Part shown: positions 49,351-59,930 of the stretch, one piece after another
Numbering within the stretch: position 1 is the stretch's first letter
Layout: each line of letters starts with the position of its first letter
From: Marsupella aquatica
Lineage: Eukaryota; Plantae; Marchantiophyta
Length of the DNA: 64,000 nt
Assembly (NCBI GenBank): GCA_973895155.1
Contig: OZ316891.1
Span: 23,559,899-23,623,898, forward strand
Direction: 5' to 3'
Translations under genes and position numbers: made by a program
The notes under the pieces: generated by a model
What the model saw: only the letters and a program-made list of their open reading frames with translations
What the model was told of the DNA's origin: nothing
Databases searched by the model: none

Positions 49351-51112
49351 GACATTGGAGAGGATTGAGGTAGACTGAGTGTTGCTGCTGCCACAAGTTC
49401 TGGAGTGAGTTCGGAGAGGAGGTACATTGTGAGGCCGACTGTTACTTGGTTTGGATCGAGCTTGATAGAAACTGATGAGGTCTCCACCATAGCTTTTTGC
49501 TTGTTTCCCTCCCGGTTTCCCTGCGTTCTGCTTTCTTCTTATGTTTCTCTCTTTATATGTGTTAGGAGGATGACAACGCTACACAGGAAGGTTGGCGGAA
49601 AGTTTAGGCTGCTGTCTGGTTCTTTAGTTGCGGGATTGAGCTGTGTGATTGCTTGCAAAAAGATGCAGACCCAGAAGGAATGCTTGGTGAGGGCGGAAGA
49701 GTGAAGGAAGTCTTTCATCTCCCAGGTTAGAATCTATCACTTTGCTTGCAAACTTCACAGGAGTGACAAACAAAGTCTATGTTGTCACAGTCACAAGCCT
49801 GTGTGATTGCATTGCCTTGAAAAGAGCTACCCTGAAATCCAGCGTAGAAGCTTCTGAAAAGTTGCACATCTGATCCCCACTCGCATTGGCAGGATTGTCC
49901 ATTTAGGGTGAACTTAGCAAGGGACATTCTATTTGGTCCCATTGCTTGGTGGTTCTCGGTGATCAGTTATTTCTTGGTGATTGGTGCTTCCTTTGTGATC
50001 GGTGCTCGATCTTCATTGTGATTAGTGCTCGCTATCCAAATCAGATCCAATCTGATCCTGCACTATGCTGTGCAATGAAGGTATGAATGTTGCTATGAAT
50101 GACTCATTTTGTGGGTTCCAAAGTGAATGAAAGTCTTCTTTGGTTTTGTTTTGTTGCAGCTTGGCTTAGCAGAATGCACAGCTAGAGTTGCCTTCAACGT
50201 AGGACCTCAAGGTAGAATTGTGGAGGTAGTAGACAGACAGACCCTCAGAGTCTAAATCTTCTTGGAGTATTGAAGGAAGCTTGTTGTGAACGATGTCACA
50301 ATGCAGGTCAACATTATTGTCTACAAGGGCTACATTCTGAATTATTTGCTCCATTGTTGTCTTTGTAGGGCGAGTTCACTTACTAGTGGTACGTGGGTCT
50401 CGGATCGTGTTGTTTAGGGCTGTATTCTATATCAGTGTTGTGCAGAGGACAACATACTCCAGGTGTGGATCTCCCCTCTTTTCAGTTATGGTCTGGTGTA
50501 TGTACTATAGTTGAAGTTGTGCAGAATTATTCAACTGTTTGACTGATTTGAATGTACAGAGACAGAATAACTATGATATGTTTTAATTGTGCACTGAGGA
50601 ATGTGCAGATTCAATCAATCTTGGGTGGTGAGCACGAGTTTGGGTTCTCGTTTGACTACAGAAGTTTTGGGGAGGCTAGGATCCAAGTAAGCTCCACATT
50701 GTTGCAGAGGACAACAGGGCCTTTAGCTTTAGGGTTGACTGTGCCATGGGTTGTTGTGACGCCGCCGGTATGGCGAGTAATGAGTAATTTGGTCTAAACC
50801 GTGCCTAGCATGCGCGTTAGGGGTATCTTAGGCCGCTATGATTAGCATAACGACAGTATTTAGGTAGCCATTATGAGTAGGAAATCATTAGTCAATAAGG
50901 GGAATTCATGTTCGGGCTGGCGGCACGTCCCCATTCGCACGCCCGGGTTACAAGCGTGGAGGGGCCCTCCCTCGGGTCCGTATAACAAACTTTGGGAGGC
51001 ATCCGCTGACACGTGGTGACTCAGACCGGCGGAGTGGCCGGTACACTACAAGCGTGAACGGTTCAGCCTATGGGCAGCGAGGAGATGATGGGGGATTGGC
51101 AAGCCCTCAAGG

Positions 51113-51118
51113 TATAAA
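51113..51118 (+). promoter_or_regulatory. TATA box
   Basis: TATAAA 108 bp upstream of the ATG, followed by a CT-rich leader. Confidence 0.6.
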
Positions 51119-51220
51119 GAGGGAGCCGACCCTTTGGAGTGCACCAGTCCATCAGTCCACGCGCCAGCTTTGATCCCAGCTCTCTCATTCTCTCTAAGTC
51201 GCCACTACTATCTCCTCTAA

Positions 51221-53830
51221 ATGTCGCGCACGATCCTCTCCAGTTTGGCCATTCGATTCTGGACGCAGTTCCTATCTACTGGAAGGCACTTGGCCAACTC
51301 ATTGAAACACGCCAACCCGCGCCGATACGAAATAGAACGCGAGTACGAGAGAGCCATCCGCCTAGCAGGACGACACCACTACATCCTTAACTTTGACTAC
51401 CCATCCCAGAGCGAGCTTTACCGACCAGCTGAGGTATCTGGGTACTTCTTCAACGGAGACAAATATATCGGGTTTTGGGAAGCATTGCTTTGGCTTCCGG
51501 ACGAGGTCTTCAATATCCTGGGGACGATCGACTTGCAACGACATCACTTCGACCACATCCTTGCTCAGGTTTGGGCTATCATCAACAGTGAGTCCAGTAC
51601 TAACCGTTCGACAAGGTTGTCCGCACTTGTTTCGGAGAACTTTTACCAGCACCTGCAGAGCTTCATGGGAACTAGACCCGCAACCACCGGCGCCAGCCCG
51701 ATGGACCCCATACCCGTACCCATACCAATGCAGACTCAGGTTCAGGCTCAGCCTCAGCCTCAGCCTAGCCAACCCCCACCGCCAATCGCCCCGCCAGCAG
51801 TACAAGTACGCTCCGTTATCAACGCTGTGGACCTTAGCGACGATGATGAACCTACCCCACCCTTGCTCAGGCGGCCAAGAGGAGCAAGCACTTGGGGAGC
51901 CGACACTACATCGTCCCCTCCTCGGACCCACGGAGCGGGTCCAGCAGACAACACGATGACCGTGGCCGCCCCGGGCCCATTACTAACGGCGGTAGCACTA
52001 CCTGTGCCCGATAGAGAGGATGGGGATGTGTCACCATCCCCGAGCCAGACACGGGGGAAGAAGAGGAAGGAACCCACCACTGCATCTGGGTTACCATTGG
52101 CCACGGTAGCCGTGGCCAAGGTGACAATGCACCGCATGGGGGAAAACGTGCATAACAACATCCTCCATCCCAAGCATGCGGTGTACCTGAAGACTCAGGG
52201 ATTTGAGCACCTCACCTCTCTCCCCTGGAACACTTGCAGGTACTACGGGGAGGACATGATAGAATTCGTCAAGAATTATGACGACGTACGTCAACAGACT
52301 CGGCTACGGGGAAGGAATATGTCCCTCACGGAAGAACGGCTCAAGATGATCTTCGGACTACCCGAAGGTGACCATCGAGTCGAATCACGGGCTCCCGGGG
52401 GCAAGGGAGCCAAGTACCAATCCTCAAGTTTTCCTTTGGAGGGAGCAGTGGACAACGGGTTCGTGATGAGGACCTGCCTCATGCCCGAGATAGCTGAGCG
52501 GCTGGAGTTCCAAAGGTACGCTCTCCACATGATGGAACCCCGGGGGGAGATCTCCGCCGCCCAGGTTATCCAGGTCGAGAACTATCGACCCAGGAGGTGG
52601 GCATCGTACTTTGCTAAGAAATTCCATGAAGAGATAGAGCGGCAAAAGAAGATACTATATATTGGTGGGAAGGCATATTTCGCTAGCCACATCGAGATTA
52701 TTCTTGAGTGGTACGCTTGGTTTGATCGACAAACCCTTCCCCGTGTCAATATTGCAAGGCTGGTCCCCGCTAGGTGGGTGTTCCCGGCCTTGGAGAGACG
52801 GCCCCAACCCGAGGCACGAAGTCCAATGGACACGCAAGCTTCACCCACCCCACCCCCGCAAGTAGCTGTAGTCGTGACCGAGGAGGTACCGGATGGGTCG
52901 GTTATCGCAACCATAGATGCGATCCAACAGGCTGGGCTAAGTACAGAAGTCGGTACAATGGAGGTCTTACTCGAGCCCGGGCCCCCCAATGACCTGGCGG
53001 TGGCTATTCCGGAGAACCGGACATTGCAGCAGCAGGACACTCCAGCCCCTTCCAACGCGTCACCAGGGCTGGATGTCACTGCCCCGGCCCCCGCGCGTGT
53101 TGACGTCTGCCCGTGCCCAACTCCGGACAGGCACAACCTAGACCACCCAGAACTCTTCGTACCGGGCACATTTCTGAATGGGCTTCTGGGAGATTTCTCT
53201 CATCAAATTGCCCGGGATACCGGGGAGTTCATGGCCCGGAAGGTAGCCTGTTTCTTCAATCAGGAGTTGGTTGCCGTAGTAAAAGCCGGTCGGGCCCAGT
53301 CGGAGGCCCTTCAGAGGATAGAGCGATACCGGGAGGAGTCCGTATACTTAAAGAACGAGGTTGCGGCTCAGAAGGCGGAGCTTCTGCAACTACGACCCAA
53401 GGTCGCAGCCGCCGACGAGTCGTTAGCAAAGGCGCACGCCCTTACCGCCCTAGCCAAGCAGGCCAAAGCAGGGAACGAGGCCAAGATTTCACGGCTCCGG
53501 TCCCAGATTGACAGTTTGAAGAAACAAACTGTCATCTGGCAGAAAGACTTGGAGGAGGCCGAAGAACGAGCCCAACGGGACACTACAGAAATAGCCACGC
53601 TACAAGCCGAAGCCGATAAGCAGGACCAGTTGGTAGGCAAGCTGACTAGCAACGCCCAGCAGCTGGAGGAGGCATGCCAGGAGGCAGCGGAGGAGATGGA
53701 CGCGGCAAAGCGAGAGAACGAATCTCTGCTAGACCAAGTCCAGCTCCTCAAGTCGGACAACGACAGGCTTTGCAGACAGCGGGAAGACCGCTCCCACTCG
53801 GGCGGCTCTGGCAAGCGTGCCAGACATTAG
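51221..53830 (+). CDS. Intact LTR-encoded 869-aa protein: FW helix, Pro/Gln-rich linker, PMD/Transposase_32-like domain, coiled coil
   Basis: Uninterrupted ORF; GFEHLTSLPW..MIEFV..MSLTEERLKMIFGLPEG aligns with A and B ORFs. Confidence 0.85.
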   Translation: MSRTILSSLAIRFWTQFLSTGRHLANSLKHANPRRYEIEREYERAIRLAGRHHYILNFDYPSQSELYRPAEVSGYFFNGDKYIGFWEALLWLPDEVFNILGTIDLQRHHFDHILAQVWAIINSESSTNRSTRLSALVSENFYQHLQSFMGTRPATTGASPMDPIPVPIPMQTQVQAQPQPQPSQPPPPIAPPAVQVRSVINAVDLSDDDEPTPPLLRRPRGASTWGADTTSSPPRTHGAGPADNTMTVAAPGPLLTAVALPVPDREDGDVSPSPSQTRGKKRKEPTTASGLPLATVAVAKVTMHRMGENVHNNILHPKHAVYLKTQGFEHLTSLPWNTCRYYGEDMIEFVKNYDDVRQQTRLRGRNMSLTEERLKMIFGLPEGDHRVESRAPGGKGAKYQSSSFPLEGAVDNGFVMRTCLMPEIAERLEFQRYALHMMEPRGEISAAQVIQVENYRPRRWASYFAKKFHEEIERQKKILYIGGKAYFASHIEIILEWYAWFDRQTLPRVNIARLVPARWVFPALERRPQPEARSPMDTQASPTPPPQVAVVVTEEVPDGSVIATIDAIQQAGLSTEVGTMEVLLEPGPPNDLAVAIPENRTLQQQDTPAPSNASPGLDVTAPAPARVDVCPCPTPDRHNLDHPELFVPGTFLNGLLGDFSHQIARDTGEFMARKVACFFNQELVAVVKAGRAQSEALQRIERYREESVYLKNEVAAQKAELLQLRPKVAAADESLAKAHALTALAKQAKAGNEAKISRLRSQIDSLKKQTVIWQKDLEEAEERAQRDTTEIATLQAEADKQDQLVGKLTSNAQQLEEACQEAAEEMDAAKRENESLLDQVQLLKSDNDRLCRQREDRSHSGGSGKRARH

Positions 53831-54735
53831 CAGCGGAGTAGGAATAGAATAGGGTTAGGAGTAGCTAAAGTCAGGCTATTGGGACAGGCACCTACCTTAG
53901 TTACAGCAGCACTGCCGTGCTGTCCAGCCTGCATAGATTAGGATCTTCTAATAAGACACGGCCGTTTTTTGGCCTGACGGTCAGATTAGTTAGGACCTAA
54001 GTCAGCGGATCTTCGGGCGGGAGGACACTCCGTTCCCCAGCCCTTAGTATTTAGTGCACCCCTCGGTAGAGGCAAGGGGGGGTTTTAGTCTCAGAGTTGG
54101 ACATCCGTGGTATGTGCGGGGAGTCCCGACCTCTGGGAATGAAAGAGTACCAAGGGGAGGGGGTAGGACTAAGCTCGTCAGGCGAGTGCGGAGCCGGGCT
54201 CTGTTGTAGTATACTCTCTCGGCCTTGAACCTATTCATTCCGGAGCTATCAAGTCAACCAAGTGTACGCACATGTCCCCTATGTAGTAAAATCCTTTCCC
54301 ATTATTTCCTTCATGTAAATCGAGATTGTATGCTTGTGCGCATGTATGTGTGTGTGAATCTTGTGTATAGGTGACAACGCCGGGGCCGAACGCACTACCC
54401 AAGTCGTGCACGGGGTGCAGCCTGCGGGTATGTGGTTGCGAGCACGGGTTGAGGACCTGTATCATAGAATCCGGATCAAAGGCGGACAACACGAAGGCTT
54501 AGAAGTCCTTAAGCCGGGGTCGATCCTGTTATCGACTAAGGTATGTTCCGGCGGCGGAACACAAACCATACCTAGGAGATGTCCGTATCTAACAGTAGGC
54601 GCACTTAGCGCTAGTTTTCGTGAATTAGGTGCATGACGCGCTTCCCTCACTGCCCGAACCCTCATTTTTACGAAGGAGATGCCCGTTTAAAGCTTAAGCC
54701 TGAGTTACGGCCAAGGCGGATGACGTGACAGTTGT

Positions 54736-55100
54736 AGATATGAGTCTGCACCAAAGGTTTTGCCCTGTTCAGTTTTGAAGCCAATTTTTCAAGGTGTGAA
54801 TGCCTTCTTAGTTCCAAATGAATTTTCAAGAGCCCGTTTTGAAGTTTTCCATAGAAAGCTAATTGAACGTCATGGTCAGCTTTGCATTGTTGCTTCCAGC
54901 AACACCACTCACATTGTTGCTGGTTCTTGGAGAGCAGTCATGTCCAAGTGGACATGGTCTGGTGTTAATTCACTCATTCAAGAGCAGGCATTGAAAAAGT
55001 TGTCTCATTTGAATGGATGTGCAAATCCCTCAAAGCAGGAGCCCTATTGGAAGAAGGCCCTTTCAACTTAATGTTGACTGAGGTAGAGTCCGAGGTAGAC
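54736..55100 (+). pseudogene. BRCT-like domain coding segment
   Basis: IFQGVNAFLV..KLIERHGQL..TTHIV, a BRCT beta1/GG/THI-type pattern; frameshifted. Confidence 0.55.
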
Positions 55101-55669
55101 TACACTAAGAGAACAGTAGAAAAGATGAAACAGGATAAGGCAGGTGCAGTTTGGAGAAGTGTAAACTTGATCATGCCAAAACGTAAATGTGTTTAGCTTA
55201 CTATAAATGTAACCTTTCTCAGTTTTGGAGCAATTTAATAAAGCGTTGCTTGTCTACTGCAATTCTTTGCAGATTTGCTGTTTGGTTCTTGGAGCAGTGT
55301 GTAGTTCCTTTGGTGTGTAGGTTTTTAAAAATTAGTTGCTTTGTTTTGCAGGGACATTCTAGCGCAAGGCAGAAAGTGGGGAAGTTTAGGGTCCGAGCAA
55401 AGGTTGGCCCCCGTACCCTGTTTGTTGTTGCCTTGTCATTTTGTTGGAGTGAGCACAATCTCAGTCTAGGGGCACTAAAGATGGTTGTGACACGCAGTGC
55501 ATTGTCTGAGTACCATCAACAGAAGGGTGAGCGATTCCGTGTGAAGATGATTCACAATGGGGTCGTGCCTGCAAACTGTGTTGTGACCTGGGGCTATCCA
55601 AGTCTGCCTCACCACCATTACAGGAGGCTGAATACATCCCCACTAGTCCCAAACAGTATGTTAAACAGA

Positions 55670-56660
55670 CACTTGGGGTGTTGGATGAGGACTGTGTCTT
55701 CCTGGAGGCTTGTCTCCATTGTCACACCCAAACATGTGATTGTTGTAGGGGAGGTCACTCAAACATAGTGCAGACTTTTGCACAGTACATGGCAAGAATG
55801 GCATGGGGCGGTTGCCTAGCATGGAATACTTGTCATTTCATCAATGATTGTGTCTGTGGTGGGACACGTGCAGGTTCTGCCCGTGATGATGATGCACATT
55901 CAAGTTGCTGACTTCTAATCTGCATTCCTCATATTGTAGGATGGATCAAAGGAGCCCACAAGGAAGTGATGCCCCTTGTGGAGGCTACTGGCTGTGATTG
56001 CTGGTGGACTGTTGCTCCTTCTGGTACATCACATGCCTGTCCCTAATTTTTGAAGGTAATTTTGCAGATCTTGTTCAGCATGGCACACATCGCTCGTCAG
56101 TTGCTAGATCCAAGATTTGGGCATATGGAGCACCTTCGTATGGATCCCCCTTGCTGTTTTGAATGTGACAAGGGAGGAACTGTTTTGTTCTTGATGGCCC
56201 TTGTGGTTGCCATTTTCATTATGTAGTTGATGGCCACAAGCCTGATGAAGAAGATGGCCATGGACCTACATGTCAGCGCATTGTCATTTCCAGAGGTCAT
56301 GATTGGGCTGCAGCTTGGCTCTGTGACCTCTGTTAGCAAAACAGAGGAAGATGTTTTGGTTGTGGGCTCCTTGGCAGAACCTTGAGACCCAGCACAGACG
56401 AGCCCCTTGTGGTCTAGTGTTCTCATGATGATTGCTACTCATTTTACCATGTGGGTTGCCTCCGGACACTTCTGCAATTGGGGAAAATGCCATTCACCTG
56501 CCATCCAGATAACCCTGATGCACATCCCGATGCTTTTATATGCCCACGACATTACTGTGAGGTCTGTAAGGAGTATCGGGAGGGCATTTGGGACTTTGTC
56601 CAATGTCGTAGATGCCCTCGTGCATGGTGTTGTGATGAAGGACCAACAGCAGACAAGCAC
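55670..56660 (+). pseudogene. Cys-rich PHD-like exon remnants
   Basis: FICPRHYCEVC..QCRRCPRAW resembles NSD/EDM2-type atypical PHD fingers; also CLHC..CDCC. Confidence 0.5.
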
Positions 56661-56856
56661 TTGAGGAGAGGGGTGAGGGGCCGAGACACCTGGGACATTG
56701 GACAGTGGCACATGATTTACTATAATCACCATGTCATTCCAAAGGGTTTTGATATCCCTAGTACCCATGACTAGACACATAATGACTGCTACAAATTCCA
56801 CCATCTTACAAACTTCAACCTTTTTTGTAGTGGACCCATAAGACAACCTAAATTAT

Positions 56857-56960
56857 ATGAACTTAAGTATTTGGTTGAATGCTATGGACTTAAGTATTTG
56901 GTTGAATGCTATGGACTTAAGTATTTCGATGAATGAAAGGGACCTAAGTATTTGGTTGAA
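56857..56960 (+). repeat. 27-bp tandem repeat ACTTAAGTATTTGGTTGAATGCTATGG, about 4 copies
   Basis: Visible directly. Confidence 0.85.
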
Positions 56961-59404
56961 CAAAATGGAGAGGAGGGAGGAAAGCCTGATACGCCAATCT
57001 GTGTCATGTCCTTCAAAGAAGGGCAGACTCTGGCAGATTTTTGTCTAAAATGTGTTGGTGCAGTAAAGTTTGACTTTGATTTTTGGGATGAGAGGTTGCC
57101 TGGTCGAGTCCAACGCTTTTCAGAGAAGACTGTTGGGGTGACTGAACTTCAAGGGACAATTTACGTGATTGCAGAATTACCCTCAGTTGCCTTGCCTACG
57201 GAGAGGGTCACTATTGGTTCCTCTCATTCATCTGCTGCCACTGTGTCCAATGTGGCAGGCACGACTCCATTGTCTCAAGGACAAACACAAGGGGTGCCAG
57301 TACAGGCTACTGTACAGCCTGTCACAGGCTCCTTTGAGTCTCACCTCATGTTTGAGGTTGCATCAAAGGCATGGAATGATGAGTGGTTGAAGCTACAATC
57401 CTGGGTAAACCAGAAGGGCTTTGGTGAGCACAAGTGGAAAGTGCAGACGTGGGATGAGGGAGGGGAGTGTCGAGGTCATCTTGAATGCTTAGAGTGTAGG
57501 GAGACTTATGGGAATGCAGCCACTTCACAGGTGCTCAAGTCCATCGCAAATTGCTTTAGCAACTTCAAGACAAAGCACCTGACCAACCCTAAACACAAGA
57601 AGAACTGGTGTAAGCGAAGGGGTTTAGCTAGAGCTTTGGTGACGGCTGCTGACACTATACAGCAACCACTGTTTGATCATAGTATGCAAATAGGGGCTGG
57701 TGTGGAAATTGTGGGAAAGTTGAATGCAAAGGTAGGTGGGGTGGTAGAAGTGTTCTCTATCACACCATCTCCCATTGATCCAACATTTGCACAGAGGTCA
57801 TTCCTGTTTAAGGTGAGATGTATAGTCTGTGGCAAGCTACATACTGACATGTGCCCTAAGAAATCCAATTTGGAACACAATTTAAGGCAACACCTTGTCA
57901 GTCGAGATCATATGGATGCACTTGAGAACATCGTCACCAGTACCCAGGCTGCACTGAGGGCAGGGAAGAAGGGGAGACCAAGGAAGCCTAATGCTCGTGA
58001 TCTGTTTCCATCTCAAAATTCTATTCTGAATTTCTTTAGAGAGGACAGCTCTGCTGCAAGGAGCAGTTCAGGCAGAGGTGGGTTGTATTCCTCCGTTGAG
58101 CCAAGTTTAAGTTTGCTTTGTTGGGGTCTGTGGGAGTCAGAGGTCAAGTGGACAGGGGATTCTATGGCTGAGAAGGGCATACTTGATGATCAAGAGGGAG
58201 GGAATGTCTGGGACTGTGACCGTACCACCTGTGCTGAGGTTTTCAATGTAACTAGCCAGTCAGTTATTGGTATACAAGGTTGTTTTAGGCACAAGCAATG
58301 TCACAGGGTGTCCATTAATGGACGTGGTTTTGAAAACCTCACTTGCACTCTATGTTAATGGACATAGGCGTGGTGCTTTTGGGGGCAAGGAAGGGTTGTG
58401 GGATTTCCTGACAGATGTAGCTAAGAACTTGCAGAGAGTTGCTAAGGGTTATCGATACAGTAAGAGAACCAAGGCCTTTTCCCAAGCCATGTTCCAGTTT
58501 GGAGGTAGACAAGTGGCTCATTGTTTCTAGGCAAACCTAGGTGGTCCAGGTCTGAAGACCTTTAAATGTGATAGAGCAAAACTACCACCCTTTAGAGCTG
58601 GCATTCAAAAAGAGATATTCCAGGAGGTGTGCAGAGTACTATGTGCATCAAAGCAGTCACTTGGAATTTCAGGAGATGTACCAGTAATGTTTGCTGAGGA
58701 TGAAACAAGGATAAAAGAGAGACCCAGGTTTGTGTTTTTGTCTCTGTAGTAAATTAGCTTGTTCTTTTCAATGTGTTGGATGAGTTTGCACATCATGAGC
58801 TGATGTCTGTATTGTATTGTGTGTGACAGATGGGAAGCTAAATATGACACCCTCATTGGTTTCTGTGGCCCCTTAGAGGAGCACACATGTTCTTTTGGCT
58901 TGGAAGTACTGGTTGGAGCAGGTACTGAAGGGTATGACAAGACTGTAAGTACTTTTGAGTAGTATGCCAAAGGCATGTATGCTAGAGTAATCATTGTCAA
59001 TCCTCTACATGCAAAGATGCCTAAATTGGCATTGTGTGTTCTACCAACATGTAACAAGTTTAGAGCTCCCTGGGTAAGAGAGCATTGGGTGCAGCTGAAG
59101 TCCATGTGGGACACACATTGCAGAGACAGTGTTGGTCCTTTGTTGGGCCATGCTAGTGATGGTGATGCTCGTTGTAGGAAATTGATGATGGAAGATTATA
59201 CTGCTATGAATGGTTCCTTTCCTAGGTACAGTGTAGGATGGGTTGGGTGGCAATACTCAGTGTCCATACTTCCGAATGGAGATCTATATGGTTTTGGAGA
59301 CCAAGACCCACCTCACAATGGCAAGAAGGCAATTAACCCATTGGACCGAGTGTCTGCTATGTTAGTTCTTGGTGATCAACATGCATCTTTGTCATATGTC
59401 ATAT
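56952..59404 (+). pseudogene. C2H2 zinc fingers, AT-hook and P-element-type transposase core; stops, one intron, truncated by Copia
   Basis: CLEC..HLTNPKH, CIVC..HLVSRDH, GRPRK; FAEDETRIK, LIGFCG, GHASDGDARCRK, DQDPPHNGKK (DxxH motif). Confidence 0.65.
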
Positions 59405-59568
59405 TGTTGTGTGACAATGGAGAGACTTGCAACTCGCTGTTGTGTTCCATTATGGGTGTGACTTATATAGTCACCATAGGGTTACATGTTGGGGTTGGTG
59501 TTAACCCATGTTACCCCTTCAGGATAGGGTTAGGGGTTAACCATGGTCTAGAGTAAATGGTTACAACA
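59405..59568 (-). repeat. Copia 3' LTR (164 bp)
   Basis: TGTTGT..ACAACA inverted ends, TATATAA inside, PPT AAGGGGAAG adjacent at 59569-59577. Confidence 0.8.
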
Positions 59569-59930
59569 CTTCCCCTTGGAGAGTTTAGGGGTATAAAATC
59601 ACCACACTACTAACCCTATGTTTATTTTTGGTGCTGCCCCATTAAAACCTTCTGCTTTCTTCATAAGGAAAAAGGGTTCTAGCCACCATTAGTAGGATTT
59701 TCTTAAATTTGCACTAAGGTGAGTCTACCTTATAATTTGTCCAAATGTAAAGTTTAATTTGGGTCCCCTATTACTAAAACTACTTCCCCTTAGTTTAAAT
59801 GGGGTGTTTACGATAATAATTATTCTATCTTGTATTGGTATGAGAAATCGTATTCTGTCTATGTATACAGGAATGAAAGTTTTAGGTTGCATCGTCGTCG
59901 AGTCGGCTGTCGTCTGTCGGCTTGAGCTGC

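Larger units (their letters stand above)
50755..54730 (+). mobile_element. Family C solo LTR (3976 bp) carrying an intact ORF
   Basis: TGTGACG..CGTGACA ends; TSD GTTGT at 50750-50754 and 54731-54735; excision restores MGC-RYESAPKVLPCSVLKPIF. Confidence 0.9.
48464..59404 (+). mobile_element. Probable P-element-like DNA transposon, interrupted by the C solo LTR and cut by the Copia; left boundary uncertain
   Basis: P-type transposase motifs, subterminal tandem repeats, G12 run plus CACTTCC-GT-GGAAGTG hairpin as a possible terminus. Confidence 0.45.
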
